A stretch of DNA of 64,000 nt, from assembly GCA_051252375.1 (NCBI GenBank), contig JBPOFY010000002.1, positions 64,001 through 128,000 of the forward strand, given 5' to 3'. Position numbers and translations under genes: made by a program. This document shows positions 32,901-41,720 of the stretch, piece after piece. The notes under the pieces were generated by a model, which was not told the origin of the DNA, searched no databases, and saw only the letters and a list, made by a program, of their open reading frames with translations. Origin of the DNA: Opitutaceae bacterium. GTDB lineage: Bacteria; Verrucomicrobiota; Verrucomicrobiia; Opitutales; Coraliomargaritaceae. The stretch's first letter is position 1, and each line of letters starts with the position of its first letter.

Positions 32901-33227
32901 TTGCTGGTGCGTGACGACTATAAACGCCACTCCCGTATCCAGTGGCATACTCGCAAACAACTCATCCAATGCCTCCAGGCCTCCGGCAGAAGCACCGATG
33001 GCGACGATTGAACATCGATGGCTAGAAGTATTTGAAAGTGCAGCCGGACTCGTCTCCGCTTCAGTCTTGTCGACTTTCGTTGACTTTGCGGCGGAGGGTT
33101 TAGAAGTGGCCGATTCAGAACTGTCTCCGTGGCGAGGGGGCTTCGAGCTGGATTTAGATTTCACGATATCGAAGAACTTAGACGATCCGCATAGCGAATG
33201 AAAGTTCTTTGTGGCATGCCGGCACAA
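29949..33227 (-). CDS. CheB methylesterase-CheR methyltransferase fusion with PAS, coiled coil and C-terminal GAF
   Basis: IGASAGGLEAL, ILSGTGSDG, LISVTKFFRD, GCATGEEAYS, CRNLLIY, NEELQSTNEEL repeats. True start may be GTG near 33164. Confidence 0.92.
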   Translation of the reverse strand: MCRHATKNFHSLCGSSKFFDIVKSKSSSKPPRHGDSSESATSKPSAAKSTKVDKTEAETSPAALSNTSSHRCSIVAIGASAGGLEALDELFASMPLDTGVAFIVVTHQQPGRVSMLPELLSRQTELPVVEISDRIQVEKNHVYVAPPGGVLDILNGVVFRVDADIPQSPRLPIDHFFRSLAEDQKEHAVGIILSGTGSDGTLGLQAIKGESGMTMVQNLESAKYAGMPGSAISSGIADFVLSPPEMPDQLVRYMRSPYAKEVADEQKNERLSASMRKIFVLIRSRTGHDFSAYKMSTVTRRIERRLNIHAITDPDHYVQYLQENPHEIDILFKELLISVTKFFRDPESFEVLRKKILPNQLRKHPENTNLRAWVPGCATGEEAYSLAILLRECLADIPSSADVQIFGTDLDSAAIETARAGRYPEGIAVDVEPDRLKRFFALKDNAFHIQKNIREMVVFAVQNVIKDPPFTKLDFISCRNLLIYLNSDLQKKLFPIFHYALKPGGLLFIGPSETIGSFSDLFEVVDRKWKIYRRKEAPSKIHSLVDFPSVAVGARQELQVQVDRAADKARPMGITSLIDKLLLKQFAPASVVVNDRGEIVFIYGRTGAYLEPAAGQARLNIYDMAREGLKLELASALRNASGKSGMTKRESVRIESNGESIYIDLTVQRILEPESLRGLFLVAFQPCSPAVIATKVGEAGDSDPHQDKTLELEQELLHTKEYLRTTIEELETSNEELKSTNEELQSTNEELQSSNEELETSKEEMQSLNEELTTVNTELTSKIEDLTRVNSDMQNLLNNTEIATIFLDNDLKVKRFTEGAKDLVKLIQSDIGRPLDDLASNMDYSELAADGRDVLRTLNYKTAEIRRKDGRWYLMRMMPYRTAENSIDGLVITFVDIHRVKTAEWKLSQAKEHLAADLKAMRQLHKIGTLFLLEGVTEAIFEEVLDAAISISQADMGYLQRVDITTGKLKVLEQRGFKQSWLRKCDQVELDQSSFWMALKRGERVIVDSVEKCKYFADTSLVDDLMDVGVQVVESTPLISHTGKLFGVISTCHKMPHESTDRAVHLMDLLAQQAAEIFESAEHQTKQSIDKS

Positions 33228-33682
33228 AACCAGCCCATAAATTACATGCCCGCGATGTTCTTAAATATCTGCTCGAAAGCTGCGATCGTAGCGGAAGTGC
33301 GAAGCACTTTCGACCAGCGTCGCGCCTAGTAACATTTGCTGACCGAGCAGAGATGAAACCGACACGTCTTGTCGCAAAGTGAACCGGAAACTGGTTCCCA
33401 TTTCCGCGACGATTCTACCGTGTATCTATGCGCGCACATGCACCCTCTCAAATATCATAGGTATTCCCGTAGGGCTCGAGCTTGCTCGCCGCCGCGACAA
33501 CACTGACGCCGGCTCGAACTACCTGCCAGTGGTGAGGAATCGCCACTCAGCTGACATTTCCGCTATGCAGCTTTTCGACTTCTTGAATCTCTATATTGCC
33601 CAACATCAGTTCCGACGGAGCAAAAGCGGAGATAGTGTAACAATGTTGCGTTCGCCCCATGTTGAGACCTCTATAATTTATT

Positions 33683-34744
33683 ATGAGGATTTTCCAATGC
33701 GCTAACTGCAACCATCCAGTTTTTTTTGATAATGTTCTCTGTCAAAAATGTGGCAGCGCGCTCGGATTTTCGCTCGAGAATTACACCCTCGTCACCCTCG
33801 CTAGAAACAACGGTAAACTCACCGACCTCTTCAATGCCAACGTGCGCTACACCTACTGCGCCAATGAGCAACATGGTGCCTGCAATTGGCTCGTCCCTGA
33901 AAGCAGCAGCTCAAGTTATTGTGCCGCTTGCAATCTCAACAGCGTCATCCCTGACATCCATGATGAATCAAAAATGGTTCTCTGGCGGGAATTGGAAAAA
34001 ACGAAACGTCGCCTCATCTACGCCCTCTATCGTTTTGGCCTTCCGATCCAAAGCAAGGTGGATGCCCCCAAAACTGGCTTATCTTTTGAATTCCTCTCAG
34101 ACGACCCATCTAAAGGAAAAAAGGGTCGCGTCCTCACCGGTCACGCCAATGGCGTTATCACCATAAACATCGCCGAAGCCGATTCAGCTTACCGAGAAAC
34201 AGCCCGCAGCCAAATGGGTGAATCCTACCGTTCTCTCATCGGACATTTTCGTCACGAAGTTGGCCACTACTATTGGGATCGTCTCATTTACAACAACGAA
34301 TCCCTACTCACCCAGTTCCGCTCCCTATTTGGCGACGAACGCGCCGACTATGGTGAGGCACTCAAAAAACATTACAAAGACGGCCCCGTTCAAGGATGGG
34401 AATTCACCTACGTCAGCTCCTACGCTGCCGCCCACCCGTGGGAGGACTGGGCCGAAACTTGGGCCCACTACCATCACTTCATGGCAACGCTCGAAAGCGC
34501 CTACTCATTTGGTCTCTCAACAGAACCGCTCGTTCAAAACGACAGTAGCCTCAAAGCCGCGGCTAACTTTGACCCCTACATCGAACTCGATTTCAAACGC
34601 ATCGCCGCCACCTACATCCCACTGACTCTCGCCATAAACAGCCTCAACCGCAGCATGGGCCAACCCGACCTATATCCCTTCGTTGTCCCCGCACCCGCCA
34701 TGCAGAAACTCGCCTTCATACATAATGTCCTACACAACAGGTAG
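33683..34744 (+). CDS. Zinc-ribbon plus putative zinc-binding metallopeptidase (DUF2248-like)
   Basis: CANC...FDNVLCQKCG, TGHANGVIT, GHFRHEVGHYYW, YAAAHPWEDWAETWAHY. Confidence 0.88.
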   Translation: MRIFQCANCNHPVFFDNVLCQKCGSALGFSLENYTLVTLARNNGKLTDLFNANVRYTYCANEQHGACNWLVPESSSSSYCAACNLNSVIPDIHDESKMVLWRELEKTKRRLIYALYRFGLPIQSKVDAPKTGLSFEFLSDDPSKGKKGRVLTGHANGVITINIAEADSAYRETARSQMGESYRSLIGHFRHEVGHYYWDRLIYNNESLLTQFRSLFGDERADYGEALKKHYKDGPVQGWEFTYVSSYAAAHPWEDWAETWAHYHHFMATLESAYSFGLSTEPLVQNDSSLKAAANFDPYIELDFKRIAATYIPLTLAINSLNRSMGQPDLYPFVVPAPAMQKLAFIHNVLHNR

Positions 34745-34756
34745 GCCTTAGGCTAT

Positions 34757-36220
34757 CTACAAGCCCGGTGATGGTGTAACCATGTTGCTGACGCCCCCTA
34801 GTCGCTTCAAATGTCGGCCAAATGCACTCATCACTCGAAGATGTATGCGCGCTTGGGTATTTGCATAGATCCACCATGGCAGTGTGGGAGCAAAGCCATG
34901 AATCGAAGCGATGACACATCCTTGATCTGGAAAAATTCGAAACTCTAGTCTGCCCGGAGGATCAACTATGCGCGATAGTTTACCTCCTGAGATGTAGAAC
35001 GCACACCGACGCCCGCTACCATGCGAATAAGGTGTGGGCGTCAACTCCAGCAAAACCACTCGCCCACCCAGTAGCGTAAAGCGAACGACACCTTTGTCAT
35101 CTTTCACCGCATTGATGAGCCCACCGAAGCGGCGGCTAAGCCACTCCCCGTATTCTGTCGCGATCTGTTGCGCATCCCAATCCACGGGGAGCGGCATACG
35201 CTGCACAGAACGCACACGACGCTCCTGTTTAATATGCCGACGATCCGAAGACTGGGTCGCACTCCGTGGGTTTGGCTTGGGCATGCCGTCTGAGTCGACA
35301 CTCCGGCGAAAAGAGTCTTCAAATGAAATATATTTTGCTGCAAGCCGATCGCTCAACTCACTGGGACGCGCTTCTAAGTCGTGCTGTAAACTTTCTTGCA
35401 AAGGCCCGACCAGAGCAGGTGGCACGTTGCCAAAAACCGAAACCCAATGCTTGGAGAGGCCAAAGCAATTGAACGGAAAGTTAATAAAGTGAGCCGCCTT
35501 GCCCTGCAGGCGAGCAGTCTCTTGAATCATTTCGCGATAAGTCATCGGGCGATGTCCGCCCAGATCATAAGTCTTACCCGACAGCCCCTCCTCTTTCATG
35601 CAAAGCTCGAAGGCCTGGCATACATTCTCGATGTCGACGGAGTGTGTCTTCGAGCGAACCCACGCAGGCAGTAACATCACCGGCAAGCGGCGCACCAAAT
35701 TGATCAAAAGTGAAAAAGAAGACCCCCCCGGACCGAAGATTAATCCGGCACGCAGGACGGTAACTTTAACTGTGCGCGAACGAAGCACTTTTTCAACTTC
35801 GAGGCGACTGCGCAAATGCGGCGAGAGCGGCTCATCTGTGGTCGGAATCAATCCGCTTAAATAGACGACGTGTTTGAGCCCAGCCGATTCGGCAGCACGT
35901 ATAAAATTATCCGCCAACAATAAATCAGTGTCTTCAAAGTTACCCTGCACGAGTCGACTCGAGGGTGCCATCGAATGCACAAGGTAAATCCCATAATCGC
36001 AACCCGCCAACGCTTCAGTCACCTTAGGCAGCGAATATAGATCACAACGGCGCCACTCCGTGCTCTCAGCGCTGGGGTTCTGAGCGACCACAGACGCACT
36101 CCGTGTCAGCGCACGGAAACGATAATCCGACTTCAAGAAATCGCGCAAATGCGAGCCCACAAATCCGCTCGCCCCGGCTACCGCGACGAGCGGTTTATCG
36201 ATATTGGAAGCTTGGCTCAT
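34757..36220 (-). CDS. NAD(P)-dependent atypical SDR/epimerase family protein
   Basis: VAGASGFVG, YLVHSM, SPHLRSRLEVE, RAGLIFGPGGSSF. Confidence 0.85.
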   Translation of the reverse strand: MSQASNIDKPLVAVAGASGFVGSHLRDFLKSDYRFRALTRSASVVAQNPSAESTEWRRCDLYSLPKVTEALAGCDYGIYLVHSMAPSSRLVQGNFEDTDLLLADNFIRAAESAGLKHVVYLSGLIPTTDEPLSPHLRSRLEVEKVLRSRTVKVTVLRAGLIFGPGGSSFSLLINLVRRLPVMLLPAWVRSKTHSVDIENVCQAFELCMKEEGLSGKTYDLGGHRPMTYREMIQETARLQGKAAHFINFPFNCFGLSKHWVSVFGNVPPALVGPLQESLQHDLEARPSELSDRLAAKYISFEDSFRRSVDSDGMPKPNPRSATQSSDRRHIKQERRVRSVQRMPLPVDWDAQQIATEYGEWLSRRFGGLINAVKDDKGVVRFTLLGGRVVLLELTPTPYSHGSGRRCAFYISGGKLSRIVDPPGRLEFRIFPDQGCVIASIHGFAPTLPWWIYANTQARIHLRVMSAFGRHLKRLGGVSNMVTPSPGL

Positions 36221-36490
36221 AGATAGCACACTAAGCGTGAGTGTAGCGTATGCAAACTACGGCACGAAATACCACCCGCTTTGCTCTACTCAAAGCATGC
36301 ATCATTTTTAAAACGCATAGGATCCTTATTTCTTACCTTCACACCGAAAGCGTCACAAAAGGAATTTCACGTATCATGTAAGCTCTTTGCAGTCGGAACG
36401 ATAGATAGCTGTGAATAATATATTTTCTATCTATTTCTTACCTACCTGCCAAAACCGACAACTAGCAATTCATTACAACACATTGAATCG

Positions 36491-36826
36491 ATGAACTGGA
36501 CCACCCTACTCATCACCTTCTGTGCACTATCCTTCTTCGGCTACGGCTGGAGTTGCCTATTCACCAACCATATGGTGGCAGAGTTTGAGCGCTATCACCT
36601 TTCAAATTTCCGCCGCCTAACTGGTATAGTCCAATTAATCGGAGCGGCTGGATTAGCAACTGGCATCCTACTCCCATGGGTCGGAGGTCTCGCCGCTGCG
36701 GGTATATCATTGCAGATGGCATGCGGGCTTGGCGTGCGCGTCAGGATTGGTGATTCGTGGTTACAATGCCTGCCAGCAACTAGCTATATGATCCTGTGTG
36801 GATGGCTCGCCACACAACTGCTCTAG
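36491..36826 (+). CDS. DoxX-like membrane protein
   Basis: [32 protein letters not shown]; four TMs. Confidence 0.8.
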   Translation: MNWTTLLITFCALSFFGYGWSCLFTNHMVAEFERYHLSNFRRLTGIVQLIGAAGLATGILLPWVGGLAAAGISLQMACGLGVRVRIGDSWLQCLPATSYMILCGWLATQLL

Positions 36827-37197
36827 TCAATCGTTCCAGCAAGGATCAACCAAAGAGACATGAGCAGCATAGCGGTCGCAGGTAGCGACTTGAGCACAGT
36901 ATCTTTCACTTTGATATGCATGGTCAACGCACCTAACATCAACAAGGAGATGACCGCAGCGCCCAGCACGACCAACGATGGAAATACAAAACCCAATAAT
37001 ATGGCGATCGCAGCAGATACCTTTAAACTGCCCACGAAGTAAAACATCCACTCAGGTAGCCCATACGCAGAAAACTCTTCTTTGAGTGATTTCGAAGCAC
37101 CACCTCTATAAATAGTCGTTTGATTCGCGCGCAGCAGCCAAACATTGAGAATACCCAGCGGCACCATGACCTGAACCAACATTGTTAAATAATCCAT
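36823..37197 (-). CDS. DoxX-like membrane protein
   Basis: [40 protein letters not shown]. Confidence 0.85.
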   Translation of the reverse strand: MDYLTMLVQVMVPLGILNVWLLRANQTTIYRGGASKSLKEEFSAYGLPEWMFYFVGSLKVSAAIAILLGFVFPSLVVLGAAVISLLMLGALTMHIKVKDTVLKSLPATAMLLMSLWLILAGTID

Positions 37198-37558
37198 ATT
37201 TATACAAACGTAGCGCATCCGATAACCTTACTACATAAGGGTCGGCACCCACAAAAAAGACTACTCCAACCGCCCCACTCTCTCTTCTTAAAGCTAAATT
37301 CAGGTGAATAGCTTGAGACAAAAATAGGAGTCAGAGTCTTCATACTGCATGACATGAGCTTAGCCCCCCCCTTTTCAGCCTCTTAACGAAAACGCTGTGG
37401 TTTTATCTCACGCCAAGCCGCGATGCGGCTGCACATTCCACTTTCTCCCCTTTGTAGACTCACTGAAATGGAGACTCCGCGGCAGGGACTAAGTGATAGG
37501 CGTTGACTATTCTTGTCGATGTTGCTGCTTTTACTGATACTATCCATCACTCTTCCTT

Positions 37559-38710
37559 ATGATCAAAACATATTCAAAACTTATCGCCGTTTTAAGTATC
37601 CTTTGCCCCTTGAGCCTTTTTGCTCAGGTCAATGATGCTCAGATCATCCCGTTCCAAGCCGGCACACCAGCCACAGCCGCGGACATGAATCAGAACATCG
37701 ACGAATTGACCCGAGCCATTAACGAAAATACGGCACAACTTCAGGCGCTGCAGGAGCAGATGAGTATCATCGCCAGTGTGATCAATCTGGCAGAGCCTAC
37801 CCTACAGGAAAATTTGTCGGGCAGCGTCTATAAGCTTGGGATTTTGGAAATCGGCCATGGCGTCAGCGACGTGCTCGCCGGAGAGTATAGAACTCAACTC
37901 ATGCGCGATTCTATCTGGGGCGAATCTGGCACGCTGACTTTAAACGCAAACAATACTGCATCTTTGGTTTTAAACGGCCAGCAGAGCGAAGCGCTGTTAA
38001 ATCTTGGTTCCGGAGTCCCCGCTGCAGACCCCTCAGCAGAAACTCCATCTTACGGAGACGTTTCCCTTTCTTCGTTTCCACCAGAATCAGAAACCATTGC
38101 CGGCACCTGGAGCTTGGCTGGCAATGTTCTGTCAGTTGTGTTAGGTATCGATACTCAAACCTTCAATGTGAGCATCGATGGCAACACCTTACTCCACACG
38201 TTCACCGACTCTGAACCGGATGGGACCATGACCGTGCGCTACGCCGGCATGGATCTCGGCATCCGAATCTCCAAGCCTCAGCCAAACATCGAAGTAGAAA
38301 TCGACGCTGATGTTTTCGAAAACCCGGATTGGAATGTAATCCCCATTCTCGCCACGAATAGCGGCGCTCCCCATAGCATTTTCGATGGGCCTGGATCGGG
38401 CTCACAAAGCGGCATTGAAAGCTTCCGTGCATCCGCCGCAAGCAACGGCCGAAAAATATACATCAAAAACACTGGAACATCCGACTTAACGCTCGGAAGC
38501 AGCGCACTTCAACAAACACAAGGAGGTGGACTCAGCCTGCAAAACCAAGGCGGCCCAATCACTATCGCCCCAAACACTGAATTCGAGCTCACCATTACTG
38601 ATACAGTATTTGATGAAACCGCTGTTACAGCCACGGATTTGGGCGCCATTTATTTGATGACCAATGACCCAGACACTCCCACCTTTATCGTCAACATCAG
38701 TAGCCGATGA
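37559..38710 (+). CDS. Secreted hypothetical protein with C-terminal Ig-like (choice-of-anchor D-like) domain
   Basis: Signal peptide; FQAGTPATAADMNQN plus coiled coil; IKNTGTSDLTL...TNDPDTPTF. Confidence 0.7.
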   Translation: MIKTYSKLIAVLSILCPLSLFAQVNDAQIIPFQAGTPATAADMNQNIDELTRAINENTAQLQALQEQMSIIASVINLAEPTLQENLSGSVYKLGILEIGHGVSDVLAGEYRTQLMRDSIWGESGTLTLNANNTASLVLNGQQSEALLNLGSGVPAADPSAETPSYGDVSLSSFPPESETIAGTWSLAGNVLSVVLGIDTQTFNVSIDGNTLLHTFTDSEPDGTMTVRYAGMDLGIRISKPQPNIEVEIDADVFENPDWNVIPILATNSGAPHSIFDGPGSGSQSGIESFRASAASNGRKIYIKNTGTSDLTLGSSALQQTQGGGLSLQNQGGPITIAPNTEFELTITDTVFDETAVTATDLGAIYLMTNDPDTPTFIVNISSR

Positions 38711-38778
38711 TCAATCCTCAGTGAAACTAAAGGAGCTTAAAAAGCACTGAAATAAAGGAACATCTCATACTCTTTTCG

Positions 38779-39651
38779 ATGACCCCCACAATCAATTTAC
38801 GCGCATTTACTTGGATCCTCGCCTCTACGTGTTGCGGCCTAGTCTCGGTAAGGGCACAACCCAGCCTATCCGACTTAGTCATCGAAAACGGCCAACTCAA
38901 ACTCGACATCGACGCTCCTGCAGGAGAGTTGATCATGCAAAGCAGCAGCAACTTGCAATCGGGCGACTGGACTCAGCTGTCCCGCCTGATTGGCAACGGC
39001 AGCACCCAGAACTTCAACGACCCGTATAATCCCAATGCGGCAGCCAAATTTTACCGCGTGTCCACGGTTCCGGCAGCCAATGAGTTCCACCTAACCGGAG
39101 CATTCGCCACCGCCTTGATTGGAGCGCTCAGTTACTCCGATCTACAAACCACCTTTGGGCTTACGTTCCCGCAGGTGGAAGCGACGATCCCAGCGGGCAA
39201 CGACCTCTCGTTCTCGACCCGCAACTCACGCATCTATTCAGCCGTCATCGCTACATTATCGACGCTGGCCAAGAACATAAGCGACTCCTTCCTGCCTAGC
39301 ACCCCGCCCTCTGCTGCGGAGATTGCAGCAGCGCTTGCTGCTGACATCAGTGATGGTAGCTTGGACGGAATCGATGGCGGCGGCCCCGTGCTCATCGGCA
39401 CTACAGGAATGGCACTGCCCGCCTACACTGAACAAGACTTTGAGACTGCGTTGACTCAAGTGAAAGCTGAAATCCCAGGACTCTATAATGTCTACTTTAC
39501 TGGAGCCGGTGCTTCCGCTGCTCCACTAGCTGCACCACTCGAAGAATCTGAAATAGCTTTCGATCCACCTCCAGCTAGTGCTGGATCATTCACCCCCTCG
39601 ACCCCTGCCGTATGGGGCGATTTTTACTGGGGTAGCTCTGATTGGCAGTAG
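38779..39651 (+). CDS. Secreted hypothetical protein
   Basis: Signal peptide, DISDGSLDG, Trp-rich end WGDFYWGSSDWQ. Confidence 0.7.
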   Translation: MTPTINLRAFTWILASTCCGLVSVRAQPSLSDLVIENGQLKLDIDAPAGELIMQSSSNLQSGDWTQLSRLIGNGSTQNFNDPYNPNAAAKFYRVSTVPAANEFHLTGAFATALIGALSYSDLQTTFGLTFPQVEATIPAGNDLSFSTRNSRIYSAVIATLSTLAKNISDSFLPSTPPSAAEIAAALAADISDGSLDGIDGGGPVLIGTTGMALPAYTEQDFETALTQVKAEIPGLYNVYFTGAGASAAPLAAPLEESEIAFDPPPASAGSFTPSTPAVWGDFYWGSSDWQ

Positions 39652-39741
39652 TGTATCCTCCAAGGGTCCTCCACGGTCTTTATATTGCCTGGCGTGAGTC
39701 TTTGCGGTGAAGCATGGTGCAGTGAGCATGGTCGCTACGCT

Positions 39742-39838
39742 CCTAATCTTAATCGTAATCATAATCCAAGCGTTGCAATCGCAAGACCTATCAAATCCGT
39801 CCAGAGGATTAAGATTATGAGTAAGATTACGATTATGA
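39742..39838. repeat. Inverted hexamer arrays (TAATCN)4 / (NGATTA)5
   Basis: CCTAATCTTAATCGTAATCATAATCC ... GGATTAAGATTATGAGTAAGATTACGATTATGA. Confidence 0.75.
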
Positions 39839-39933
39839 CGCAGAAAATGGATAGCTTTCTACTTTTGAACACCCGGCGAAACTAGGCTAATTTTCTATAC
39901 TTTGAGGAGGCCTTCAAATAGCTTGTCCGCCTC

Positions 39934-41670
39934 ATGTATAAACTCAGGCCATACCAACAGGAAGCTGTTGATAGCACCCTCAATTACTTCAGGAAGCGAC
40001 GGAGCCCTGCGGTGATCGTTTTGCCTACGGGTGCTGGTAAGAGTTTGGTGATCGCTGAGTTGGCTAAAATAGCCGTAGGCCGTGTCTTGGTGCTCGCTCA
40101 CGTAAAAGAGCTGGTCGAGCAAAACCATTTGAAGTATGAAAACTACGGCCTGCACGCGGGGATCTATTCGGCGGGATTGAATCAAAAGGATAGCTCACAA
40201 AAGGTGATATTTGGTAGCATCCAATCGGTCGCGAAGGCGAATGATGCCTTTTTCAGTGATTTCACGCTACTGGTGATCGATGAATGCCACCGCGTCGGTC
40301 TGGAACCGGACAGTCAATACGCGAAAGTGATCGAGCAGCTCCAGCGGAACAATCAGCGTATTTGTATCTTGGGACTGACCGCGACTCCCTATCGCTTAGG
40401 TCTCGGCTGGATCTATAACTACGCGCTCCGCGGAGAGATGAAAACTCAGGAGCTGCGCTTCTTTAAGCACTGCATATACGATCTACCACTGGAGTATATG
40501 ATCCGGAACAAATACCTGACGCCCCCCGTAAAGGTCGATATTCCGGTCACCTCTTACGACTTCTCGGAGCTGACTGAAGCTGGTAAGACTTACACATTAG
40601 CTGAAGTTGATGAACTACTACAACAGCAACGACGACTCACGCCCCTGATCATCAAAAACATCATTGATATTACGGATAGCGACAGGCGGCAGGGTGTGAT
40701 GATTTTCAGCGCCACAGTGAAACATGCGCAGGAGATCATGGACAACCTTCCACCGGGACAGGCAAGGCTGGTCGTGGGAACCACCGAGATCAGCGAGCGC
40801 GATCAGGTCGTAAATGATTTTAAGCAGAAAGCGTTTAAGTATTTAGTGAACGTATCCGTGTTGACCACTGGTTTCGACGCAGCGCATGTCGATGTGATCG
40901 CGATCCTACGTCCCACGGAATCGATTAGTTTGTATCAGCAAATCATCGGCCGCGGCTTGCGTTTAGATACCGATAAAAAGGATTGTCTTGTTTTGGATTA
41001 CACTGGGATGGGGCATAGCATTTTCAGCCCGGAGATTGGCGAAAAGAAGCCAGCATCCGAATCGGTCGCCGTAGAAGTCCCCTGCCCCGAATGTGGCTTC
41101 GTGAATGACTTCTGGGGCATCGTCGACGATGATGGCAATCTGCTGGAGCACTTCGGTCGGAAGTGTCGAGGCGGGCAGGTCAATCCGCACACCTACCAAT
41201 TCACGCCCTGCGGCTATCGCTTTCGCTTTAAGATCTGTAATCAATGTTCGGCTGAAAATGACATCACCGCTCGTGACTGCTGTCGCTGCGGCAGTGTGCT
41301 GATCGATCCTGACGAAAAGCTCAAACAGGCGAGGCTCTCTAAAGACGCCCATGTCCTCACGCCGGATTCGATTGAGATGCTGGAGCGCGTTGACAAAAAC
41401 GGGGCATCCTACCTCCAGGTAAAGTATTACGATTACGACGCAAACGCCCTCTCGGAAATGCACTACCTCAACAACCCAACGAGCCTGAAGAAGTTCAGTA
41501 TCAACTTTCTAAGATCGCACATGCGAAAGCCTGAATTGAAGCTCAACGTCAGCTCGGTGGGCGAAGTCGTAAAAATACAATCACTGCTCCGTATGCCTTC
41601 ATTTGTGATCGCTCGCAAGCAGGGTAAGTTCTGGAAGATTACCGAAAAAATATTTAGCGAGGAACTGTAA
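39934..41670 (+). CDS. radD: RadD/YejH family SF2 DNA repair helicase
   Basis: [51 protein letters not shown], Cys-rich CPECG...EHFGRKC...[10 protein letters not shown]. Confidence 0.88.
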   Translation: MYKLRPYQQEAVDSTLNYFRKRRSPAVIVLPTGAGKSLVIAELAKIAVGRVLVLAHVKELVEQNHLKYENYGLHAGIYSAGLNQKDSSQKVIFGSIQSVAKANDAFFSDFTLLVIDECHRVGLEPDSQYAKVIEQLQRNNQRICILGLTATPYRLGLGWIYNYALRGEMKTQELRFFKHCIYDLPLEYMIRNKYLTPPVKVDIPVTSYDFSELTEAGKTYTLAEVDELLQQQRRLTPLIIKNIIDITDSDRRQGVMIFSATVKHAQEIMDNLPPGQARLVVGTTEISERDQVVNDFKQKAFKYLVNVSVLTTGFDAAHVDVIAILRPTESISLYQQIIGRGLRLDTDKKDCLVLDYTGMGHSIFSPEIGEKKPASESVAVEVPCPECGFVNDFWGIVDDDGNLLEHFGRKCRGGQVNPHTYQFTPCGYRFRFKICNQCSAENDITARDCCRCGSVLIDPDEKLKQARLSKDAHVLTPDSIEMLERVDKNGASYLQVKYYDYDANALSEMHYLNNPTSLKKFSINFLRSHMRKPELKLNVSSVGEVVKIQSLLRMPSFVIARKQGKFWKITEKIFSEEL

Positions 41671-41720
41671 GCTGATCCCTTAGAGCTCTGTAAAAACTCG
41701 AGGCTCTAGGCAGACACTGC

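Noticed and set aside
37407..39698. CTCACGCCAAG ... CCTGGCGTGAG as inverted ends around the two secreted genes
   Set aside because: Only a 10/11 match over 2.3 kb; too short to distinguish from chance or unrelated repeat remnants.
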